Below are positions 57,729 through 64,000 of a stretch of 64,000 nt of DNA, piece after piece (the first letter of the stretch is position 1; every line of letters starts with the position of its first letter). The stretch is from assembly GCA_963816185.1 (NCBI GenBank), contig CAWFJJ010000030.1, forward strand, positions 514,981-578,980, read 5' to 3'. Source of the DNA: Thermoanaerobaculia bacterium. GTDB lineage: Bacteria > Acidobacteriota > Thermoanaerobaculia > UBA5066. The notes beneath the pieces are model-generated. The model was given only the letters and a program-made list of their open reading frames with translations, was not told the DNA's origin and searched no databases. A program made the position numbers and the translations under genes.

Positions 57729-58532
57729 ATGAAGACCATCGGCCATTTCAGAGCCGCTGCTCTCTGGTTACTCGGCGTTGTTCTCTGTGGATGTGCCGCT
57801 AAGCACGCTCCGTGGAGTCCCGGTGAGAATCCGGATCCGTCGGCGATTCTGGACGAGGCGAAGGCCGATGCAGCGGCGGGTCGATATCCCGACGCGCTGG
57901 CGAAGCACGTTTGGTTTTTTGAAAACGCGTTGAAGTACGCGCCCGCGATGCGCGGCGTTCGACTGTCGTTCGCCCTGAGCTACTGGAAGACGCTTGCAGA
58001 CTCGTATCCTCCAGCACTTGAGAAACTGAAGGCCGAACGAGATGAAGCGGCTGCTAAGGTCCGTGGATCGAAAGACTCTCGTCACAGTTTCAACGACTTC
58101 GCATCCATAAACCGGGAACTCTGCGAGGACGCGAAGACCCGAGAGCTCTTTCTCTGGCTGGACGCGAATAGCCCGGCCACGGCTTCGGCCGTATATGACC
58201 TCGCGCAGCCTTCGTTGGTCAAGGCGAAGGAATACAGCGTCTGTGGCAGATATCTGGTGAACCCGGATCGCTCTCTTGAGCGGATGGTCTGCCACTACAC
58301 GGAACTCAAGCAAATCAAGGACGACGCTGAATCTCAGCAGCACATGAGCGACTTTGCCGACGATAGTCTTTCAAATGGTGTCGGGACACTCGTCGCTCTC
58401 TTGGTAGCGAATGGTCGGACGGCGGAGGCCTACCGCGTGGTCGGTCGAGCGATGCAGGCGCGCGATGACTCGGCGTTCCGAGCGCAAATCGAGAGCGCGC
58501 TCAGAGGAGAAGTGCCGCCCCCGTGGCCTTGA
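57729..58532 (+). CDS. Hypothetical lipoprotein (gene-cassette-like)
   Basis: Lipobox VLCGC; helical body; flanked by attC-like halves. Confidence 0.75.
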   Translation: MKTIGHFRAAALWLLGVVLCGCAAKHAPWSPGENPDPSAILDEAKADAAAGRYPDALAKHVWFFENALKYAPAMRGVRLSFALSYWKTLADSYPPALEKLKAERDEAAAKVRGSKDSRHSFNDFASINRELCEDAKTRELFLWLDANSPATASAVYDLAQPSLVKAKEYSVCGRYLVNPDRSLERMVCHYTELKQIKDDAESQQHMSDFADDSLSNGVGTLVALLVANGRTAEAYRVVGRAMQARDDSAFRAQIESALRGEVPPPWP

Positions 58533-58558
58533 GGTGAGGAGGCGTGTCTCGAGTCTCC

Positions 58559-58598
58559 GCCCAACACCTCGTTCCAGCGGACTCGGCGTCAGTCGCTG
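58559..58598 (+). other. attC-like 5' half site
   Basis: GCCCAAC…CAGCGGACTCGGCGTC, starting 26 bp after the lipoprotein stop. Confidence 0.55.
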
Positions 58599-58729
58599 CG
58601 CTCTACTCGAACACGCCCGCGAGCTGCTCGTCCTCGTCGTCATCGGACGAGTTCGCAGCGAGTTCGCTGGAGTGCGATGATGGGGCATCGGGCAACGCTG
58701 TAAGTGCTCGAGCGTTCGTGCTCTCAGGC

Positions 58730-58776
58730 CCTTGCCAAGGTAGATGTCGCGAGTTCGACCCTCGTGTCCCGCTCCA
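58730..58776 (+). repeat. attR: 47-bp duplicate of the tRNA-Gly 3' half
   Basis: Identical to 54781-54827. Confidence 0.95.
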
Positions 58777-58786
58777 TAGTCGAACC

Positions 58787-58817
58787 CGGGGCCCGGCACG
58801 AGCCGGGCCTCGTTTTT
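58787..58817 (+). terminator. Intrinsic terminator (probably the original tRNA terminator)
   Basis: CGGGGCCCGGC-ACGA-GCCGGGCCTCG followed by T5. Confidence 0.8.
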
Positions 58818-58887
58818 GCCGTGTTCTGGCAGAAAACGTGGGAACGTTGTCATTGTCTCTTCAGTATGAAGGCGGCATCCTTTCACC

Positions 58888-59940
58888 ATGACGCGTCGAT
58901 CGCGGACCGAGGGCGCGCGCGTGCCGGCTGACCGCCCGAGGACGTTGCGGGTGGCGATGCTCGCCTATCCGGACATCCAGATGCTGGACGTCACGGGGCC
59001 GCTCGAGGTCTTCTCCCGGACGTCCCGCTGGCTGAAGGACAACGGAAAGCGCCGCGACGACGCCTACAGTCTGGAGCTCCTCGGGTTGAAGCGCGGCGCG
59101 TTCCGCGCGTCGTCGGGGCTGCTCTTCCATGCCGACAGACGCTTCGACGAGGTCGGCCGCGGGATCGACACGCTCCTGATCGCGGGGGGGAGAGGCTCGG
59201 GGCTTTATCAGGCGCACCCGCCGCTCCTCTCCTGGCTCCGGCGCCAGGCCGGCTGGGTCCGGCGACTGGCCTCGGTTTGCACGGGGGCGTTCTTCCTCGC
59301 TGAAGCCGGGCTCCTGAAAGGGCGCCGGGCGACCACGCACTGGGGCTCGTGCTCGCGCCTGGCACGCTTCCCGGACGTGCGGGTCGAGCCGGACACGATC
59401 TTCGTGCAGGACGGGTCGATCTACACGTCGGCCGGTGTCACCGCGGGCATGGACCTCGCGCTTGCCATGGTGGAAGAGGACTGCGGCCGCGAAGTGGCGC
59501 TCGCCGTCGCGCGCGAGCTCGTCATGTTCCTGCGGCGTCCCGGCGGCCAGGCGCAGTTCAGCACGCAGCTCGCCGTCCAGCTCGCCGAGCACGAGCCTCT
59601 GCGCGACCTCCAGGCCTACATCCTCGATCGTCCGCGCGAGGACCTGTCGGTCGAGACTCTGGCTCGCCGCGTGGCCATGAGCCCGCGCAACTTCGCGCGG
59701 GTCTTCACACGCCAGGTGGGAATGACCCCGGCGCGTTTCGTCGCCTCCGTCCGCGTCGAGACGGCGCGTCGGCTGCTCGAGGAGTCCACGGAGCGGCTCG
59801 AGACGATCTGCTCCATGAGCGGCCTCGGGACGACGGAGTCCATGCGCCGGGCCTTCCTGCGTGTCGTCGGCGTCCCGCCGATCCAGTATCGCGAGCGCTT
59901 CACACGTCGACAGCCGTCGGGAGTCCGGAGGACCACATGA
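58888..59940 (+). CDS. GlxA-family (DJ-1/PfpI + AraC) transcriptional regulator
   Basis: SVCTGAF, ATTHW, TSAGVTAGMDL, RRPGGQAQFS and an AraC HTH. Confidence 0.93.
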   Translation: MTRRSRTEGARVPADRPRTLRVAMLAYPDIQMLDVTGPLEVFSRTSRWLKDNGKRRDDAYSLELLGLKRGAFRASSGLLFHADRRFDEVGRGIDTLLIAGGRGSGLYQAHPPLLSWLRRQAGWVRRLASVCTGAFFLAEAGLLKGRRATTHWGSCSRLARFPDVRVEPDTIFVQDGSIYTSAGVTAGMDLALAMVEEDCGREVALAVARELVMFLRRPGGQAQFSTQLAVQLAEHEPLRDLQAYILDRPREDLSVETLARRVAMSPRNFARVFTRQVGMTPARFVASVRVETARRLLEESTERLETICSMSGLGTTESMRRAFLRVVGVPPIQYRERFTRRQPSGVRRTT

Positions 59941-61079
59941 CGAATCCTCTTCGCTTCGCCGCACCGCTCCTGCTCTCGCTCGTTCTCGGCGCGATCGCGA
60001 ATCCGGACCCGGCCCAGGTTCCGGCCCGGCACTTCGTCTGCAGTCCCTGCGGCCTGCCTTGCGACGACGTCGTCTACGACCACCCCGGCACCTGTCCGAA
60101 ATGCGGCATGCCGCTCGTGGATCAGGAAACAGCGAATCGTGCCCGGGAGGCGGCCGCGCGCGCGCAAAAAAAAGTCGCCATCCTGATCTTCGACGGGGTG
60201 GAGATCATCGACTACACCGGACCCTGGGAGATCTTCGGAGCCGCCGGCTTCGACGTCTACACGGTGGCCGCGACGAAGGACCCCGTCACGACGGCCATGG
60301 GGATGACCGTTCTCCCGAAATACACCTTCGCCGACGCGCCCCAGGCGGACGTCCTCGTGGTTCCCGGCGGCGGCGTGAAAGCGGCTCAAGGCAGCGCCCC
60401 GACCTTGAAGTGGGTGACGGGCATGAACACCCGCACGGCGCTCACGATGTCCGTGTGTAACGGCGCGTTCATCCTGGCGAGCGCGGGTCTCCTCGACGGC
60501 CTCTCCGCGACGACGACCGCCGGCAACATCGCCCGTCTGAGCGCCGACTTCCCGAAGACGAAGGTCGTCGACGACCAGCGCTTCGTGGACAACGGCAGGA
60601 TCATCACGACGGCGGGGCTGTCCGCGGGCATCGACGGCGCCCTGCACGTCGTCTCCCGGATGCTCGGCCAGGGAATCGCGCAGAAAGTCGCCCTGGTCGA
60701 GGAGTACGACTGGGACCCGACCGCTTCGTTCGTGCGCGCCGCGCTGGCCGACCGGCTCATCCCGGACGTGGGTCTGGATTCCATCGGCAACTGGACCCTC
60801 CTCAGCACGGAGGGAGGACGGGACCATTGGGAGATCGCCTTCCGCGGAACCTGCGATCTGACCGCCGCCGAGGTGATGGACCATATTGGCCGCAATCTCA
60901 CGGCCAAAGGAAAATGGACGAGCGTCACGGCCGCGGGCGCCCCTTCGTCCACGCAAACGAGCCGGTGGCGGCTCACCGGCCGAGACGGCAAACCCTGGAC
61001 CGGGACCCTGACGATCCAGCCCGGCCCCGGAGACGTCCACCAGTACAGGGGGAAGCTGACAATCGCGCGCGCCGGCTAG
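59937..61079 (+). CDS. Secreted DJ-1/PfpI family protein with N-terminal heavy-metal-binding motif
   Basis: Signal peptide; CSPC…C…PGTCPKCGM; SVCNGAF; TAGLSAGID. Confidence 0.85.
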   Translation: MTNPLRFAAPLLLSLVLGAIANPDPAQVPARHFVCSPCGLPCDDVVYDHPGTCPKCGMPLVDQETANRAREAAARAQKKVAILIFDGVEIIDYTGPWEIFGAAGFDVYTVAATKDPVTTAMGMTVLPKYTFADAPQADVLVVPGGGVKAAQGSAPTLKWVTGMNTRTALTMSVCNGAFILASAGLLDGLSATTTAGNIARLSADFPKTKVVDDQRFVDNGRIITTAGLSAGIDGALHVVSRMLGQGIAQKVALVEEYDWDPTASFVRAALADRLIPDVGLDSIGNWTLLSTEGGRDHWEIAFRGTCDLTAAEVMDHIGRNLTAKGKWTSVTAAGAPSSTQTSRWRLTGRDGKPWTGTLTIQPGPGDVHQYRGKLTIARAG

Positions 61080-61220
61080 AGGGCACGCGGCCGACTCTTT
61101 CTCTTTCTCTTTCTTGTTGCTTGCCCCCTGTCTGATTCCGCGACAGGCGGTTTTCCCGACAGCTCTTTTCCGCAGGGACGGGCTCTCTTTTTGGTCGGTC
61201 CCGCATGCGCGGAAATCGGC

Positions 61221-61299
61221 TAACTCATTGATTGCGTGATATCTGCCTCGCAGCTGAACCCCACATGAGACCTTTTGTCTATATGGCACGGGTCGTGCT
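61221..61299 (+). promoter_or_regulatory. Putative IHF site plus sigma54 (-24/-12) promoter
   Basis: The reverse complement of 61221-61233 is AATCAATGAGTTA (WATCAANNNNTTR). TGGCAC-GGGTC-GTGCT at 61284-61299. Confidence 0.55.
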
Positions 61300-61361
61300 G
61301 TGACACACGCCAAAGTGTGCACTGACACAACATCCAAGTCCGATCAAAAGGAGTCATAGAG

Positions 61362-63047
61362 ATGGCGCAAGAGAAGACCCTGCCTGTTCACGCCTCCGAG
61401 ACAAGTGCATCAACAACATTCCCCCATCCAGCGCCTCCAAGGACGCAGGTGACCAAGGGGCTCGCCGTCCTCATGGTCATGGCTCTCCTTCCGGCGCTCG
61501 CTCTCGCCTCGTCCGCCGTGGACACGGTGGTCTCCGACGGACCGCAGGCGTGGTCGGCCCCGCCGTACTGGTCTGCGCCGGCGATTTCGCCCGAGGAACA
61601 GGGCGGGCGCAACGCGCTCGCTTCGGGGCGGGACACCCTCGTGACCAGCCCTGTCCCCCTGCCCTTCGTCGCCTTGACGCCCTGCCGCTTGGTTGACACT
61701 CGCGGCCTTGTCGCGGCGTTGCCGGGTGACGGTTTCCTGCCGGCCGCCATCGTCCGCAGCTACACGCTCGTCGGCGCCTGCAACGTGCCGGCGAACGCGC
61801 AGGCGATCTCTCTCAATGCCACCGTTACGAACCCCACAGGCCCTGGCTTCCTCGTCCTCTGGGCGAAAGGCGGCCCCATCCCGCACGTCTCCACTCTCAA
61901 CTACATCGCGGGTCAGACGGTCGCGAACGCCGCCGTCGTTCCGCTGAGCTCCGACGGAAGCATCTCGCTCGTCCTCGGGGTCTCGGGAGGCGATGTCATC
62001 CTGGACACGAACGGCTACTACTCGTCTCTGGGAGTCGTCAACAGCCTGAACGGAGCGGCGGGTGACCTGACTCTCGCGGCTGGCACGAACGTCACGATCA
62101 CGCCGACGGGAAATTCCTTCACGATCGCGACGTCCGTTCCGGCAGGGCCGGCAGGTCCCTCCGGTCCGACGGGCCTCGCCGGGCCGCAGGGTCCAATCGG
62201 CCTGACCGGCGTCGCGGGTCCTCAAGGCCCGGCCGGCGCCGCGGGAGCGACAGGCCCTCAGGGTCCGATTGGTCCCGCCGGTTCCTTCGATACGCAATGT
62301 CTCGTTTCTTCCACGGGTTGGGCGGAGCTCCGGAACTGCCTGCTCGCTCCGATCACCGTCTTCGACAGCATTCCTTCGCCGGTTCCGGGGAACGTAGTCA
62401 GCGAAGGCTTCCAGTGCTGCCAGAACTCCGAGGTCGGCGACATGATCACGCTGGCGGGAACCGCCCGAAGAGGCATCTCAGCCACGGTGCTCATGTCCGA
62501 CTGGGCCAGGCACTCGGACTATCCCGCGATGAGCGCCGCCGGGTACGTGCACCCGATCACGCTGAACTTCTACTCCGACGCGAGCCACGCGGCCGCGCAC
62601 ACGCCCGACATCGGAACTGTCACGCAGAACTTCGTGATTCCGTGGCGCCCCGCCGGGGATCCGACCTGCCCCGACACGGGCTACGGTGTCGGATTCGCCT
62701 GGCGGGCGAGCAACGGCACCTGCTACAACGGCTATGCGTTCCCGATCGTGTTCAGTCTCGGCGGGATCACGCTGCCCGGTACGTTCATCTACGGCGTCGC
62801 CTACAACACGAACACGTGGGGCTACGTGCCGCTCGGCACGGGCGGCCCGTTCGAGTCGCTGAACGTGGGGCTCAGTAGTACGCCTACGATCGCCGTCGGC
62901 ACCAATGTCGGGCCCGACGACCTGTGGCGTTCCGTCGGGAAGCCGTCCGGTCCGTTCGCACCGGAGGCTGGATGGAGCATCCCCCCCGCGCCTCCGAACG
63001 GCCTGATCGTGTATACGCCGGCGGTCCGGTTCTCGACGCTGAACTAG
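61362..63047 (+). CDS. Secreted protein with PCRxxDTR module, collagen-like GXY repeat and C-terminal beta domain
   Basis: AGGAG RBS; hydrophobic signal; [13 protein letters not shown]…DTNGYY; [17 protein letters not shown]… repeats. Confidence 0.85.
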   Translation: MAQEKTLPVHASETSASTTFPHPAPPRTQVTKGLAVLMVMALLPALALASSAVDTVVSDGPQAWSAPPYWSAPAISPEEQGGRNALASGRDTLVTSPVPLPFVALTPCRLVDTRGLVAALPGDGFLPAAIVRSYTLVGACNVPANAQAISLNATVTNPTGPGFLVLWAKGGPIPHVSTLNYIAGQTVANAAVVPLSSDGSISLVLGVSGGDVILDTNGYYSSLGVVNSLNGAAGDLTLAAGTNVTITPTGNSFTIATSVPAGPAGPSGPTGLAGPQGPIGLTGVAGPQGPAGAAGATGPQGPIGPAGSFDTQCLVSSTGWAELRNCLLAPITVFDSIPSPVPGNVVSEGFQCCQNSEVGDMITLAGTARRGISATVLMSDWARHSDYPAMSAAGYVHPITLNFYSDASHAAAHTPDIGTVTQNFVIPWRPAGDPTCPDTGYGVGFAWRASNGTCYNGYAFPIVFSLGGITLPGTFIYGVAYNTNTWGYVPLGTGGPFESLNVGLSSTPTIAVGTNVGPDDLWRSVGKPSGPFAPEAGWSIPPAPPNGLIVYTPAVRFSTLN

Positions 63048-63125
63048 AGGATATTCGCCCGCTTCGTGACACGCCAAAGTGTGCACTGACACAACATCCA
63101 AGTCCGATCAAAAGGAGTCATAGAG

Positions 63126-64000
63126 ATGGCGCAAGAGAAGACCCTGCCTGTTCACGCCTCCGAGACAAGTGCATCAACAACATTCCCCCATCCAGCGCCT
63201 CCAAGGACGCAGGTGACCAAGGGGCTCGCCGTCCTCATGGTCATGGCTCTCCTTCCGGCGCTCGCTCTCGCCTCGTCCGCCGTGGACACGGTGGTCTCCG
63301 ACGGACCGCAGGCGTGGTCGGCCCCGCCGTACTGGTCTGCGCCGGCGATTTCGCCCGAGGAACAGGGCGGGCGCAACGCGCTCGCTTCGGGGCGGGACAC
63401 CCTCGTGACCAGCCCTGTCCCCCTGCCCTTCGTCGCCTTGACGCCCTGCCGCTTGGTTGACACTCGCGGCCTTGTCGCGGCGTTGCCGGGTGACGGTTTC
63501 CTGCCGGCCGCCATCGTCCGCAGCTACACGCTCGTCGGCGCCTGCAACGTGCCGGCGAACGCGCAGGCGATCTCTCTCAATGCCACCGTTACGAACCCCA
63601 CAGGCCCTGGCTTCCTCGTCCTCTGGGCGAAAGGCGGCCCCATCCCGCACGTCTCCACTCTCAACTACATCGCGGGTCAGACGGTCGCGAACGCCGCCGT
63701 CGTTCCGCTGAGCTCCGACGGAAGCATCTCGCTCGTCCTCGGGGTCTCGGGAGGCGATGTCATCCTGGACACGAACGGCTACTACTCGTCTCTGGGAGTC
63801 GTCAACAGCCTGAACGGAGCGGCGGGTGACCTGACTCTCGCGGCTGGCACGAACGTCACGATCACGCCGACGGGAAATTCCTTCACGATCGCGACGTCCG
63901 TTCCGGCAGGGCCGGCAGGTCCCTCCGGTCCGACGGGCCTCGCCGGGCCGCAGGGTCCAATCGGCCTGACCGGCGTCGCGGGTCCTCAAGGCCCGGCCGG
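63126..64000 (+). CDS. Second copy of the collagen-like secreted protein (truncated by window end)
   Basis: Identical to 61362-62236. Confidence 0.85.
   Translation, partial: MAQEKTLPVHASETSASTTFPHPAPPRTQVTKGLAVLMVMALLPALALASSAVDTVVSDGPQAWSAPPYWSAPAISPEEQGGRNALASGRDTLVTSPVPLPFVALTPCRLVDTRGLVAALPGDGFLPAAIVRSYTLVGACNVPANAQAISLNATVTNPTGPGFLVLWAKGGPIPHVSTLNYIAGQTVANAAVVPLSSDGSISLVLGVSGGDVILDTNGYYSSLGVVNSLNGAAGDLTLAAGTNVTITPTGNSFTIATSVPAGPAGPSGPTGLAGPQGPIGLTGVAGPQGPA

Larger units (their letters stand above)
61305..64000 (+). repeat. Exact tandem duplication, period 1764 bp
   Basis: 61305-62236 matches 63069-64000 with no difference seen, up to the window end. Confidence 0.92.

Noticed and set aside
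58730-58776. Second tRNA-Gly
   Set aside because: Only the 3' 47 nt are present, with no D arm or 5' acceptor strand. This is attR.

Overview
High-GC bacterial chromosome segment, most likely Acidobacteriota (inferred from the Oar-type TonB-dependent receptor, the ACIII-caa3 cluster and a recurring PCRxxDTR surface module). The core genes are mqnE, an HtrA protease, a TonB-family gene, the rimP-nusA-infB-DUF503-rbfA-DHH-truB-rpsO-pnp cluster, a complete alternative complex III plus A2-type caa3 oxidase operon, a heterodimeric ABC exporter, malic enzyme, trpB2, rfbB/rfbA, an Oar-like receptor and a hemerythrin/CBS/USP stress cluster. At the right end, a ~4 kb island sits in tRNA-Gly(GCC), bounded by a 47-bp direct repeat. 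It carries a frameshifted tyrosine integrase and cargo genes flanked by what look like broken integron attC sites. After it comes an exact tandem duplication of a secreted collagen-like gene. The most unusual signal is a dispersed DNA motif, consensus (GA)TTTCTTAGAAG, embedded in AT-rich, purine-skewed patches at protein termini, protein loops and intergenic gaps. I found six exact 10-mer copies, and they form three inverted pairs. All calls were made by eye from the sequence and the ORF track; no database searches were run.
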